A stretch of 64,000 bases of DNA. Origin: Batkoa obscura (Eukaryota). The DNA is taken from positions 434,001 to 498,000 of the forward strand of contig JASVEC010000011.1 in assembly GCA_030770535.1 (NCBI GenBank). Reading direction: 5' to 3'. A program made the position numbers and the translations under genes. This document shows, in pieces, positions 33,784 to 48,861 of this stretch. Positions within the stretch are counted from its first letter, which is position 1; each line of letters begins with the position of its first letter. Under the pieces are notes generated by a model that saw only the letters and a program-made list of their open reading frames with translations, did not search any database and was not told the DNA's origin.

Positions 33784-35987
33784 AAACTCTTCCTAAATCT
33801 TTATTAACCATATTAATAATTTGAGCATAATAATCCAATAATCGATGTTCATTAATATAATTTAATAATAATTGATTTTCACTTTCATAGTCCATTTTTA
33901 ATAATTCTAATTCATTATCATTTAATTTGAAATGACGATTTTTTAAATAATTGCCTTCTATTTCATGAATACAATTATTAGGTGGTAGTAAATAACCTGG
34001 ATCTAAAATTAAAAATTAGAATCATTATTAATATTTATAATTTATAATTTATAATTTATAATTTATAATTTAAAACTCTTTATAATTAGAATTATTTTCT
34101 TTCTTTATAGTTATTGTTACTATTGCTAATTATTATCATTAAACTACTTACTATGATCCATAACAATAATCACCATGGAATAAAGTGCTGTTTGATATAA
34201 ATTAGCACATGTATGTTCAAATCCATATTCTTCTTCTTCTTTATCAATATAATCCCAATTATCAAATAATATAACTCTACGCCATAATGTTCTTAAAGCA
34301 TATTTAAATCCATCATCTGTAATCTAATATAGTATAATAAATAAAAATTAATTTAATAATAATAATAATAATAATAATTTAAAACTTACTGAATTATCCA
34401 TTCTTCTTAATACTTCGAATGATAATTCAAATCCATTATATGCAATAAATCCAAATTCACTTGTATCAATTATATTAATTTTTAATGTTAATACATCAAT
34501 TAACATTTCTAATTCAATATTACGTCCCATTAAAATATCTAATATTGCTTCTTTAAATAACTAAAGAAAAAAAAATTAATTTAATAAAAATAAATAACAA
34601 TAGTAATAATAATAATGATATAATAATATTATTATTATTATAATATATCCTTACCATGACCATAGTTTTTCTTTTAGTTCGAATTAATTTTGGCAATAAA
34701 TGTTGAAATAAAGCTTCAATTTTTTGTAATGATAATGGAGGTAAAAAAGAGATATTAAATTTCGTCATTTTTTCATTTAATAATTGTAATATTTGTTCAT
34801 GAACTAATACAATATCTAATTGATCATCAATTACCTCCTTTTTTATTACATCTTCATTATTTTTTTCACAAAAAATAGCCAATTTACCCAATGAATAAAA
34901 TACTTTTTTAGGTAATAATTTTTGATTACTTTCAGCCAAAGAGATCAATTGATGACTAGCTAACTCCCAATTTTTCTGTGATAAATTTAAAAAGAATAAT
35001 AAATTACGATGTTTAATAGCTAAAAAATTATAAGCTAGATTAGGGAAATTATTAGCTAATTTAATTAATTTAGAATATTCTTTAGTTTCTGATAAATGAT
35101 TTAACATTGCATTTAAAAAAGATTGTCCATGTTGATTTGTAAAATAATTAATTGCTTCTTTATAATTGAGTTGGTTTTCATTATAAATTAAATGTAAATT
35201 TTTAGCTAATAATTCATATAATTTATAATCTTCTGCTAATTTAATCATTGACTTAGTGAACTTTAATTTAATTAATAATTCAAATGAATTATTAATTACT
35301 TTATTAATATTATTTTTATCTTTAATTAATTGTTGATTATTGTTATTATTATTATTATTAATATAATATAATATTAGTTGTAATAAATTCATTAATTGAT
35401 ATCTTAATGGTATAATCATTTGTTTAGGTTGATCAATTAATGGTATAAATTCATTAATTTTAAATACATTATTGATTTCATTATTATCTTCTTGATGGCT
35501 AATGGTTGTATCATTATTTAATAAATGAGATTGTAATATTTTAACATTTAATTCTACTAATACAATTAATAATTCAAAATTATCATTGTTAACTAAATAT
35601 AATAAAAAATATTAACATTAACATTCACAAATAAAAACATTTTAATATTATATCTCTTACCATTCCAATAATTATTGTTTAATGCCAAACTTAAATTATT
35701 TTGATTACTTTGATTATCATTATTAATTAATATATCCTTATTAAAATACTTGCTTAAAAGATCATTATTAAAATTAAGCATAACTTTAACACAATTTAAA
35801 ATAATAAAATTAACTTCATAAAGTAATAAAGTAATATCTCCTAATCCCATTTTTGTAAATTGAGGATTATAAAATCGTTGAGCTTGTCGATATAATCTTT
35901 TTAATAGATCTGGAATACGATCTAACTATAAATATAAAGAAAGATCTAGATTAGTAACGTATTCTTCTTATTTTTATGTTCTTATTA

Positions 35988-36018
<31 letters not shown>

Positions 36019-38430
36019 TAACTTACATCTTCATTAAAAAAAGTAAATATTTCATCTTTAATATTCATATGTTGATAAAACGATTTAATAGTACTTGGTA
36101 ATAAAGTACTTGCACGTACTTTATTAATTTCATTAACTCGATATTCATAATGCTGATATAATAATTCACTAACTTTAATTTTTTGACTGGAAAATACTAA
36201 TTGTTGTCGAATAGAATTTGATAATAAAATGATTAAATCACATTGATTTAATAATTGAATTAATTGTATTATAAATTTATATCGTAATTTTAATAAATTT
36301 GATATATTAATTGTTTGATCTTTAACTATTTTAAATAATTAATGTTTATATAGCTATTATTCTTATAATTTATAATATTCTTACCAGGTTCTAATATTTC
36401 TGTTAATAAATCAGAGACAATTAAATTTAAATGATGTGAATTAATATTTGATTTTTCAATTATTAATTGATAATCAATACAATTCTATTAATTAAATTTA
36501 AAATACATTAATATATAAAATATTAAAATACTATACTAAACTTACATTTTCATTATTATAAAATTCGATAGCTTGAATTAATAAATTTTTAAATTCATTT
36601 TCAGAAAACTAAAATATAAATTAATAAAAATGTCTTATAATTTTTAATAAATAAAGCTTACATTTAAAGGTAAATAAGAAGAAGAATGACTACTGCAATT
36701 AATATTGATATTGAATAAAACATAGAATATTATCTTACTTTATAACTCCATTTAAAATATTCTTATAAATTAAAAATCCATGGTTTAAAGTAGCTAAACA
36801 ATCGGAACTTTTTCCATTACTATCATTGACTTCTAATAATAAATTATTTCCTTCCTTTTTTATAGGTACAAAATATTGTTCAGAATCTAAAACAAATGTT
36901 ATTATTTAAATATTAATATTAGTTTATCATATCACTTACTAGGTAATGAAGTAGTTATAATAAATCCATTATAAAATTGAATAATTATAGTATCACATAT
37001 ACTATTATTTACATTATAACTCGCCTCTTCATTCTTACTATATTCGCTATTAGGAATAAATAGTTTAACTAAAGTATTACAATTATTATTCAACTAAAAT
37101 CCAATAATTAATTTATCAACTTATTATAATTAAAATATATTATCAACTTACAATTTCATTTTCAAATAAAATTTTAAAGCCAACAAATTGCCATGAGTTA
37201 TTTTGTGGAATAAATGTCAATAAAATTAAGTGTTGGAATTCATTATTTAAAAATTTGATTAACATTATAAATTGATTATTATTATTATTATTATTATTAT
37301 TATAACTACAATCTAATATAATAATATCATTATAACTGATGTTTAATTTCAATTCATTTTCGATCTGTTTCTGTATGTTTAATATATCTTTTTTAATGTT
37401 ATATTCATCGACTAATTTAATCTATTAAAATTTATTTATCACTTTGTTAAAAATAGTAATATAATTAAACTTACGCTATTATTTTGATAAAAGTTTAATT
37501 CAAATGTCAATATTAAATTATTCATACAAACATGAATATAACTAAATAAATCAATAATTAAATAAATAATAATAATAATAATAATAATAACTTACCAATT
37601 ATTACTCTGATTATTAAAATTAATACAATAAGCTTCAATATTAGCTAATACTTTTTTATTATTAAAGCCAATGAATTGTCCAAATTTATCTCGAAAAGAA
37701 ACTGAAATTTCATTGGAAAATAATACTTTACTAAATGAATTGGGTAATAAATCAACATTAATATAAATTAAATCAAAAGTTGTATTGAGTAAAATGCCAT
37801 AATGCTAAACAATTAATAAATATATAAATATAAAACAAATAATGATAATTTCCTTACTTTAACTGATAATAAATATTCTATTTCTTCATCCTTATTTAAA
37901 TTTAATTCAATTTCAAATGTACTATTATAAATTCTTTCAATACAACACAACTCAATATCCGACCAATATTTTAAATATCCATTGATTGAAATGGAAATTA
38001 ATCCCAATTTCTTAGTTATTGAATTATAAATAAAACAAACTAAACATGTGGTTGATATTGGATTTAATTCAAACTCATGTTCCTTATCCTATAAAGGTGA
38101 AAAGAGGTTAATAATAGGAGACTTTAGGGAATGTATTTTTTTACTAAATCTTCATTATGAAAGATATAGGCTTTGTTTTCATAAATTAAACCTTGATAAT
38201 TTAAATTATTATCATAGATTAAATAACTTTCTTTTATTAATTCAGGATCTAAATCTCTTATTGCTACAGAAAAGTAAATCAAATCATTAATATTATTTGA
38301 ATAGGATTATTAAGTTTAGATTACTTTTGATTCGATATTTAATAACCTCACTTAATTCTTCTGATCGTTGAATACCTCCTAATCGATTGATATAATCGTA
38401 ATTAGAAGTCAGTTTGCTAATTAAATTCAT
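33782..38430 (-). CDS. NUP133: Nucleoporin Nup133-like, many exons
   Basis: N-terminal GLISISINGYLKYWSDI, then C-terminal YSLGKLAIF, IDDQLDIVLVHEQI, LIDVLTLK, LRTLWRRVILFDNW and TALY, in the order expected for fungal Nup133. Exon boundaries not fully resolved. Confidence 0.72.
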
Positions 38431-38630
38431 TTTTTTTGAAAAATGGAATTTGGAATTTGGAATTTGGATGATGTGAATGAAATTTAGAATTTGATCAAAG
38501 TAAAGGATCAAATCAAATTTGATGTATAAAAGAAACGAAATTGAAAAATAATAATAATAATATTCAAATATTCGAATAAAGTGAAAATAATTAAACAATG
38601 AAAATAAATTAAATAATCAATCATTTATAT

Positions 38631-40290
38631 TTATTTCCTTTTTCTTTGTTTAAAACTCAATTTTCCATCCTGATCCAAATCATGTTGAATACCTAATTCT
38701 TCTAATACTGGATGTTTTGCTGCTTCTTTAGGTTTTAATTGATCTAACCACATACCATTTTCAATGTTATTATAGACTAAATTTTTAATTGCAAAAATAC
38801 TATGTTCTCTTATATCTAATATTAGAGATTAAATTAAATTGAATTAAATTAATAAATTCTATATGTCAAATAATAAAACTTACAAGGATTATTATCATCA
38901 ATATTACATTGATTTAATATTAATGGTAACGCTTTTAATTCTCTTACCTAAAGTAAAAAAAAATAATCATAAACAAAACATTAAATATAAAAATCAATAA
39001 AATCTTTCTTACCCTATCTTGTGCTCCTTTATTATGAAATACAATCATATTAATCAAAGCAATTAATTTTGATTTTATAAATTTGAAACACTGATAATCT
39101 TCAGGAGCTTGTGTATTATCTTTAACACTATTAAATTTCAATATGTATTGATCTAATAAAAATAATAAGCATATAAATTCATCTAGTAATTTTATACGAT
39201 TTTCTGAGCTATAAGTAAGGAGAGTGTTATAATAATAATTTAACCATAATAATAATTGATTATAGGTAACTTGGTCTTGTTGTTGAGTAAGGAGTTGGGA
39301 CTCTATATTTCGGATCAATTGTGTTAAGAGTTGAATTGTACGGGTTTCATTTTCGGAGGTTATTGTGGGCTTCGTTTCATTATTATTTAACATTTCTAGA
39401 ATTTCAATTTCTAAATCATCAAGATAACCACTTTGTATTTAATTATTATTATTATTATTGATATTATTGATATAGAATTTGATTTACCTATTTAAATTTA
39501 ATTTTGAAAATAAAGTTGTTATTAAATTTAACTCCATTAAATTAATAAAAAATTCATCACTATAAAAATAATTAATTTACTTTTATTCTATATATCAATA
39601 TTAATATTTTAATCTTACATTAATTTTTTATTCTCCTCTTCAACTAAAGTATATTTTTTAAATAAATTTAATAACCAAGCTCGTCCATTTTTATTATATA
39701 ATAAGATTTCACTAAATAAAAGCTCATTGATTTACTCTAAAAACATAAATTAAAATACAAACTTACCAACCTTCCTTTTCATTTTTTAATAAATTATTAA
39801 TCAAAACTAGATTAACTAAAAGATATTTTTTCAAATCTCTTTCAATAAATGAACTTTTAAAGTAACATTAATATCCATTCTAACCAAAACATAAATATTG
39901 AAGCTTACTCCAAAAATTTTAAAAATTCTTTATTATTAATAATCCACTTCGTCCTACCCCTTGCAATTTCACTCATCGTTATCTGATTTGATAATATCTG
40001 TAATAAACTATATACGAATTTATCTATTATACTAAAATTGTTATCTTTTAATTCCTTTTAAAACGATAATAAAATTAGATTAATTACTTATTGTTTTCCA
40101 AATTTGAATAGTTCATAAATAGCTCTATTAATATATCTATTATCTCTTCTTCTTCTTCTTTAGGAGATGACTGTGGCTGACAACTATTTATTTTGATTGA
40201 TTTTATAATGGTGTCATTTTGTTGTAAATAAATTACTTTATCATCACTTTCACTTAATTTTAATTGTAAAGTTTTTAATAATTGTAACAT
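38631..40290 (-). CDS. ATXN10: Ataxin-10 / Ctr86 family ARM-repeat protein, multi-exon
   Basis: C-terminal KLIALINMIVFHNKGAQDRVRELKALPLILNQCNIDDNNP(Y)IREHSIFAIKNLVYNNIEN matches the ataxin-10 domain. Confidence 0.85.
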
Positions 40291-40506
40291 CTTTCTATAC
40301 TTTTATATATATATCTTTTAGTTTAAATTCAATTTGTTTAGAAATAAATTCAATTTTTGGTCCACTTTACCCTTAAAAAAATGAGCTCTTTTTTAAACCA
40401 ATAAAATCGAACAATCTACAATCCCATTCCTTGTTATTTACCAAATTTAACATATTTATTAATTTTCCAACTCATTACCACTTTTCTTCTCCTTCATCTT
40501 CACATC

Positions 40507-41952
40507 ATGGGTATCCAAGGCCTTAGCAAGTTAATCGCAGATAAAGCGCCCTTAGCCATCCGTCAAAACGAAATCAAAAACTATTTTGGTCGAAAAGTGG
40601 CCATCGATGCCAGTATGAGTATTTATCAATTTCTCATTGCAGTACGTCAACAAGATGGTCAATTACTTCAAAATGAATCTGGAGAAACTACTAGTCATTT
40701 AATGGGTTTATTCTATAGGACTATTCGTATGGTCGAAAATGGTATTAAACCAGTTTACGTATTTGATGGTAAACCACCAATGTTGAAATCAGGGGAGGTA
40801 AGTGAATTGTTCTATTTGATAAGGCTAGGATTTAATTTTAATTTTTTTTTAAAAATTAGTTAGCTAAAAGAACGGAGCGTCGAGTGGAAGCACAAAAATC
40901 ATTAGATGAAGCTAAAGAAGCAGGTAATTTAAAAAAAATTCAACTAATAAATTATTTCAATTTTAATTGATTTTAGGTGATACTGAAGCGATGGATAAGT
41001 TTTCACGACGCTTAGTTAAAGTATCAAAACAACATAATGATGAATGTAAAACTTTGTTAAAACTAATGGGTATTCCTTATGTGGAGGTAAAATTTTAATG
41101 AAATTAATGTTCGAATTTTGGTTTGAATTATTTTATTAAATAATAGGCCCCTTGTGAAGCGGAAGCTCAATGTGCTGCTTTAGCTCGAGCTGGGAAAGTA
41201 AGTCTTTGTTATTTTTGTATTATAAAATAGTAAATTAAATTAAATTAAAAAATAAAAACTAATAAAAACTAAATATAATAGGTATTTGCAGCTGCCTCTG
41301 AAGATATGGATACCTTAACTTTCAATACCCCTATTTTAATGCGTCATTTAACTTATTCTGAAGCTAAAAAGATGCCTATTAATGAAATTGATTTAGATTT
41401 AGCATTGAAACAGTTAGAATTAAGTTTAACTGAATTTATTGATTTATGTATCTTATTAGGATGTGATTATACGGAAAATATTAAAGGAATAGGACCTATT
41501 AGAGCCTATAATTTAATTAAAGAACATCGAACAATTGAAAAAATTCTAGAAAATTTGGACACAAATAAGTATAAAGTGGGAGAAAATTTTTTATTTAAAG
41601 AAGCAAGAGAATTGTTTATTAAGCCAGAAGTATTAGATTGTAAAGATTTGGAACTTAAATGGAACTTACCTAATGAAGAAGATTTAATTAAATTTTTAGT
41701 TGAAAATAAAGGATTTAATAATGATAGAGTTGTTAAAGGTATTGAAAAATTAAAAGTGAATATTAAAGCGGCTTCTCAATCAAGATTGGATTCATTTTTT
41801 ACTATTACTAAAAATATCAGTGCTAATAAAAGAAAGGTAAATGATAATAAATAATAAGTAATGTGAATAATTAAATATTAAATTAACTAATTTAATAGGA
41901 AACTCAACCAAGTGTTGCAGATAAAAAGAAAAATAATAGAAGAAAAAAATAA
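40507..41952 (+). CDS. FEN1: Flap endonuclease 1, multi-exon
   Basis: [10 protein letters not shown]...[52 protein letters not shown]...GIGP and PIP box QSRLDSFF. Confidence 0.97.
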
Positions 41953-41959
41953 ACATTTA

Positions 41960-43538
41960 ATTTTAAATTTATTAACTTTGTAATTATTATATTAAAATAA
42001 TTTGAATTATCGTCTTCTTTTTTTATACATTGTAATTGTTTCCACTCATTATTTAAACTGTAATTTATTAACCTTTGCCATTTCTATTAAAAGAAATCAA
42101 TTTGTTTGTTTTATTTTATAATTAGTTAACTTACATTTAATAATGGATGATTTGTAAACCATAAATTATTATTATTAAAGTATATTTGAAGTTTTAATAA
42201 TAAGGAAATATCGTCTAAATAAAAAGGGTTTAATATTAACATTAATATTAATATTAATATCAATATTAATTACCTTTTAATAATGTTGTACCCAATAATA
42301 ATATTAATTTAACTTCATTCTTATCTTCTATAATAGAATAAAACAACCACAATAATTGCTTATTATTGCAATATTTTAATATTTCATAAAAATATTTTAA
42401 TTTTTCATCTACTTCTTTTCTATCAATAAGTAGTTGATCTTGATTATTAATGTTTATTTCATTATCTTGAATTCCCCCTTGAATTTCAAATTGATCTAGT
42501 AAAAAATTTAATACTATAAAATAATTAATATATTTTTCATCTATTATAGTATTATAATTTGAAATTGTTAGAATTAAATTTCTACAACTTTCTATTAAAC
42601 TTTTTTCTTTTTTTTTTTCCATTTCTATCATTTTTTGTTTTAATAATACCCCATCTTGTATATCAAACTAAACAAAAAAATAATTCGTTATTGCTTGATT
42701 CTCAAATAAAGATAGACTCTTTTACTTACGTTATATTCCATTAACTTGATTTCAAACTTACTTTCCAATGCCAATGCACTTATTTTTAAGCCTAATTCCA
42801 AATCCCAACAATAAATCAAATTGAATAAACTTCTATAACAAATAAATAACATTTGATTCATTTGTAAAATACTCATTGTTATTAATTCTTTTTTTCGATT
42901 TTCAGTCAATAATTCTATTAAATGAAATAATCCATTAAATAAACTTCTACTATTTTGACTTTGTTGATAGTCTATATTTGAGTAAAGGAGTAACATATTA
43001 GTTACTTAATAGATACAATTAATTATATAAAACTCACGTTTTACTCCTTCCCATAAACAAGTGATAGCTAATTTGAAATCTTTGTTCAAAATACTTTGAC
43101 CTTTTTTGAAAAATTTATCGCCTTCTTTGACTTTATCTATAAAAAAAATAAGATTATATACAAGTTAACATTAAAATGAAAAAAACTTAATAAAATTTTA
43201 CCATTATCAATTACTTTTAATTTACTTTTTAAATGTAATTCAGTGCTTGTATGTTGTTTTATTGTTTGTTCTTTATTCCATTTTTTATTACATAATTTAC
43301 ACGATTTTATTTTAGTTAAAGGTTTATCTGTCTTCCATATTGTAAATACTAGTTATTATAAGTACTTATTTATTGTATTTAGGTTATTAAATTTACTATC
43401 TTCATTTATTAAATTAACAAATTCAATATCTTTAGTAATTATTTTTGATTTTTCCAATTCCATTTAATTAAGATAATAACTCAATTTTTTAATAATTTCA
43501 TTAATCATAATCTTATTGATAAATTGAAGTTTATCCAT
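41960..43538 (-). CDS. Multi-exon hypothetical helical-repeat protein
   Basis: Minus-strand open segments 42266-42631 and 42688-42996, plus upstream exons from an ATG at about 43538, with intron-like gaps. Family not recognised; 3' end approximate. Confidence 0.5.
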
Positions 43539-43658
43539 GATAGATTTCATTGGCTCTTAATAAACTTAAACTTGAAATTTAAGCTTTTTGATTAAACAAA
43601 AACATCGATTCTTCATTCATTCATTCTTTAACTAAAAAATTCGATTACATTAACTTTA

Positions 43659-44504
43659 ATGACTTTAGAAAACGATATTTTATCCAAACAAAATCAAAAC
43701 ATCCCTAATTTAACTCAATATAACCAAGATTTACAATCAAACCCTGAACCCCTCACTTCAGAACAATGTGAAAAGCTTTTACAACTAAAGCAATTAATCC
43801 AAAGTGATGAACCCATCAAACAATTATCTTTAAACGCTTCCAATCTCAATTTTATCAATGATCCTTGTTTATTACGTTATCTTCGAGCAAATCGATGGTC
43901 TTTAACTAATAGTTTATCAAGCCTAAAGAGTACAATGAACTGGCGACAAGAGTTTGCTGTAACTGAAATGAAACCAGAAGAATTTTATATTGAAGGAGCA
44001 ACTGGAAAGATATATTGTAACGGGTATGATAATGATAACCGACCTATAATTATAATGAATCCATCCGCGCAAAATACGAATGATTCCAAAGCACATATAA
44101 GATTTACTGTATTTAGCATCGAGACAGCGATTAAAATGTTACCAAATGATATGGAGAAGTTGACCATTATTATTGATTTAAGAAATTATGCATTGAAACA
44201 TTCGGTGAGTTTAAGTGAAGCAAAAGAAGTATTGACAATTTTAAGCTCCCATTATCCAGAAAGATTAGGTCGTGCTTTTATTGTCGATGCTCCTTGGGTA
44301 TTTTCCAGTTTCTTTAAAATAATTTCTCCTTTGATGGATCCGGTTACAAAAGATAAAATTCGATTCTGTAGTGGGAAAAAAGTAGATGATAATCACTTAA
44401 GTCATTTTGTACCGGATTGGAACTTGTTTAAGGATTTTGGTGGTAAATCAGAATATACATTTGATTCGGATAAGTATTTTGAACAAGTTGAGCTTTTATT
44501 TTAG
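43659..44504 (+). CDS. CRAL-TRIO (Sec14-like) lipid transfer protein, Pdr16/Sfh-like
   Basis: CLLRYLRANRW, TMNWRQE, GYDNDNRPIIIM, HYPERLGRAFIVDAPWVF, MDPVTKDKI, FGG. Confidence 0.92.
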   Translation: MTLENDILSKQNQNIPNLTQYNQDLQSNPEPLTSEQCEKLLQLKQLIQSDEPIKQLSLNASNLNFINDPCLLRYLRANRWSLTNSLSSLKSTMNWRQEFAVTEMKPEEFYIEGATGKIYCNGYDNDNRPIIIMNPSAQNTNDSKAHIRFTVFSIETAIKMLPNDMEKLTIIIDLRNYALKHSVSLSEAKEVLTILSSHYPERLGRAFIVDAPWVFSSFFKIISPLMDPVTKDKIRFCSGKKVDDNHLSHFVPDWNLFKDFGGKSEYTFDSDKYFEQVELLF

Positions 44505-44711
44505 TTATCGTTTTTGAAAAAAAAGGGGGTTAAATTGAGATAACAGTTGGGTAAAAGAATAAGGTTATTAATTATAGTTAAATAAAAGTAACTAATAGAT
44601 AAAAATTCATAATAATTTAATGTATTTTTTATCTATAACTTCATTTTTATTTTTTATGTATTAGTAAGAAACAAACCATGAAGTAGAAAGGAATTATTTC
44701 TAGCTTCTATT

Positions 44712-45759
44712 TTATTTTTTAAATTTTTTATTTTTTTGTTGTTTCTTTCTTTCGAATTTGGTTTCATATTTAATTTTTTGTTTTCTAAATAAATTAATAA
44801 ATAATTAAAATGAACATTTTAATTTGATTATTCTATTAATAATAATTTACCTATTCTTTTTAAATTTATTTCCAGACTCATTATTTGAATCTTCTGATTC
44901 TTCTTGATGATCTGATTCCTCCTCGCCTGCTTTCTATTATTCAAAATCATTAGTTTATAAATTTAATAGATTTCACAAACTTATACTCCACCAAGTAAAA
45001 TAAAATAAAGTAAAATATTTGACTTACTCTAGCTTTATCTTTAATATTTTTTAACATGATAGCTGGAGTCATTTCATCATCCATTTCTTTTTCAAAATCT
45101 TGAATTAAAGTAACTGTTGTAGTTTCTTTTTCACCATCAAAATTCATTTCTTGATCAGATAATTTTTCTTTAGATGATTGAATATCAGTGAGTAATTGTC
45201 TATCTATTTTAATAAAAAGTTTGATATTAGAGATTATAATAAATTAACGGATATTGAATGAAAATAGTTGGATGGAATATTAAATGCTTACCTATATCTT
45301 CCACTTTAATTCTTTGACCTAATTCTTTTAAGCGCATTTTACGTGTCTATTTTAGAAATGAGTATTGAATTATAAATGTTGATTATCAAGTTTATAGATT
45401 TATTTTAAAACTTACTTCTTTTCTCAATTCTAATTTTTCTACTCTTTCTCTTTCTTTTGCTTTAATCTCTGCTTGTTTCTTTTTTTCAACATTACGTTTA
45501 TGAAATCCAGTTAAATATTCTCTATTCATTTATATAGTTAATTAATAACTATTTTTTTATTAGGAGAATAGATTATAGATTACTTTCTTAAAGTTTCATC
45601 AAATTTGATTTCTTCAATTTCTTCCGATTTTTTATTGTATTTCTTCCCTCCTTTCCCATTAAAGCCTCCTTTAGAGTTTGCTTTGTTATTAAACTTGTTT
45701 CCTCCTTTGGAATTCCCCTTGTTATTGAATTTAGATGCTCCTTTGGATTGTACTTTCAT
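44712..45759 (-). CDS. RRP17: rRNA-processing protein Rrp17/Nop25 (NOL12 family), multi-exon
   Basis: EEIKFDETLR|EYLTGFHKRN signature followed by a charged coiled coil and C-terminal KIKYETKFERK. Confidence 0.85.
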
Positions 45760-45937
45760 CTTTTTATAATCAATTGAAATAAAAAAGTCAATATCAATTT
45801 TGATATTTTTATTCAAAATTCTATCAGTTTTAATATTTTATTTCATTGGTTTAAATTTTAATAATAATTTTTTGTCAATTTCTATTTTTTTTAAATATTT
45901 TTATATTTTTATTTATATTTTTATTTTTATTAAAATA

Positions 45938-48289
45938 ATGGAAGATGTAGATTTAGATTTCAATGATACATTAGATGATGATTTAATCCAATGTTTTTTA
46001 ACTAATAGTAATGATAATAATAATGAAATACAACAAAATATCAACAATCTTACTGAAAATAGAGAAAAGATAAACAATATACAATCCAATTTATTGATTG
46101 ATTTAACTGAAAGTCCAAATAAACTATATGTTAAACAAAAAAAGGACGCTATTGCTGATGAAGGTAGTGAAATACTATTAAGCATTTATTAAGTTAATAA
46201 TACTGTTAATTTTAATTTTAGATTCTTTAATTATATTATCTTCAAGAGAAAATACACAAATTGGTAAATTTAGATGTTTATTTATTTTGATTGATATTAA
46301 TAATTTTAGTCAATGAAGAAAGTGATAAAATAATAAACAAATTAAATGAAGGTAAATAGAAACTCTAATTATTTTAATGATATAATAATAATAATAATTT
46401 TTTAATAATAGATAGATTATTTGATTTAAGTTTATCCCCAGTTAATAATTACTTAACAGAAACAAATAAGTCAAGTGAAGGTAATTATTAGTCAATTACA
46501 TTTAAAAAGTTAATATTAATTTTTTTTATATTTAAATAACCTAGAAGGCTTATTAAGTTTAAGCATGTCACCGATTAAAAATTATGTACCACAATTAAAT
46601 TCAGTTTCTTCATTTAAAATGAAAGTTAATAAATGTAAATTTATTAATATAAACTAAGGTATTAATAAATTATTATAGCACCATTAGTATTAGATGATGT
46701 TAATAATGAAAGTATAAAGAAATATAACAAAATAAATGTTATTGAAAATGATATTGATTTTAGTGATGTAGAAGTAATGGAAGGTAAATAATAGTAATCA
46801 TTTAATTAATGAATTATTTTATAAACTATTTTTTAGAATTAAGTTTATTAAATAAAAATAACATTTCAACTTTAAATAAAAATAATTCAATACCTTATAA
46901 TAAAAATAATTCAGTACCTTACAATAAAGATATTTTAAATGAAGGTAAATTTAAATTAATTGTTATACTATATTAGTTGATGTTTAACATTTTATATAGA
47001 TAATGATAATATTTGTTTATTAGATGATAATATGGATTTTAATATATCAAGTAATTAATTAATATAGAATAAATATATTAATATATTAATATTTTTATTA
47101 ATATTTTTATTATAAAATTAGATTTATCTAAAGCAAAATCATTTGATAGTTCAATGATTCAACAAAAATCCTCCGACAATAGCAAAATCCAAATAACAAT
47201 ACATCAAAAAAAATATCAAAAATATAATTTACAAGAGATAGAAACCTTAATTAATAATTTACCAATATCAATCATAAAATATAATATTGATAATTTTATA
47301 AATTTAATTTATTTAAAGAAAAAAATAGATAAAATTCAATATAATAATCAAAATCATTCATTATTAAAACCTATTTTTATGGAATTATATCATTTATTTA
47401 TTATTTGGGATGCTATTGAATTATTTTATATGCTAAAAAATGGTAAGTTTATTATTATTAATAATATTATTAAATATAAATTTAACATTTTTGACGTAGA
47501 AAAATACCTTCCTGATTATGATTTTAATTTAATACAAAAATTATATCCATATCACCAAATTAATATTTTATTAATAGGAAATCAAAAATATCAAAAAGAA
47601 ATTGAATACAATATCAATTTACAATTTAAAAATTATGTCAATAATAATAATCATAATAATAATAATAATAATAAATTTAAAACTGGGGATTTAAATTTAA
47701 TTAGCAATTATTTATTTGAATTACAGTTTAATAATGATAAATTACAAATTATTGAATTTGATAGTGAATTATTAGCATTAAAATTTGTTACTCATTATGC
47801 TAAATGTTTAATTTTAGAGTAAGTTTTATTTTATATATTTAATAATATTAATAATATTTAATTAATAATTTAATTTTAATTGTTAATAGTATCGATGATG
47901 ATGAATATGAATATGGCTGGTTACAATCTAATATTAAAAAACATTTAGAAGAAAGTACTTGGTTTTCAGCTATATTACAATTTATTCCTGGAGTAACTAG
48001 AAATATTAGTACTACTATTTTAAATCAATATAAAACATTAAATGGATTATTAACTAAATTAAATATTCATAAAAATATGGATTCCAATCAAAAAGAAAAA
48101 TGTGTTAATCAATTAGCTAGTTTAAATGTAAGTTTAAAATTCTATAAAGCTATCTACTTATTCATTTGTTTTATTTTATTTATATAGATACAATTAGTGA
48201 ATAACACACAACGAAAATTAGGGATAGCAATAGCTAAGAGAATATTAAATCTATTTTGGAATGATAAATTTGATGTTTTGATAACATAA
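45938..48289 (+). CDS. Eme1/Mms4-like non-catalytic subunit of Mus81 nuclease, many small 5' exons
   Basis: Low-complexity acidic N-terminus. C-terminal tandem HhH-like TWFSAILQFIPGVTRNISTTILNQYKT...RKLGIAIAKRILNLFWND. Confidence 0.6.
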
Positions 48290-48306
48290 ATATAATAATA
48301 TACTAT

Positions 48307-48861
48307 TTATTCATCTTCAATGATACAACTAATGGATAAAAACAAAGTAATAAAAAAATTGATATCCCATTGTAATTTAGTAATTAAAATAAACTCATTG
48401 TTGTTCTTCACTTTCTTTAATATTACTAAACTAATTTGATTATAACTTAATTTCCATTCTTTTAATAAACTACTATATCTCCATTCGAGGGCTAATTTAT
48501 TATATTTTAAACAATATTCTTTTTTTAGTAAACTTAGATGGTTTGCTTTAGAACTTAATTTTAGACTCGATTTAACATTGTAATCTATTAATTTTATTAT
48601 ATATTTACCTTGAATTAAATGGAATAAATTACATTGCATTAAACCAAGGATTTGTTTATTGGAGTCTATTAGTAGTTTGTTATTATTATTACCATTAAAA
48701 CAATAGTAAGTTTTGGAATCAGAAGTTATGATGAGATGTTCGGGATCTTTTCTTATTTGAATGGTTAATGAAGGTTGTTTGATGTTGTGACTGTCGGTTA
48801 TCAATGAGTTGATGTTATTATCAAATATACTATTAATCATTGAAGATTTGGTAGAAATCAT
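48307..48861 (-). CDS. Hypothetical 184-aa beta-rich protein
   Basis: Single ATG-to-TAA ORF filling the gap next to the convergent neighbour; no family recognised with confidence. Confidence 0.55.
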   Translation of the reverse strand: MISTKSSMINSIFDNNINSLITDSHNIKQPSLTIQIRKDPEHLIITSDSKTYYCFNGNNNNKLLIDSNKQILGLMQCNLFHLIQGKYIIKLIDYNVKSSLKLSSKANHLSLLKKEYCLKYNKLALEWRYSSLLKEWKLSYNQISLVILKKVKNNNEFILITKLQWDINFFITLFLSISCIIEDE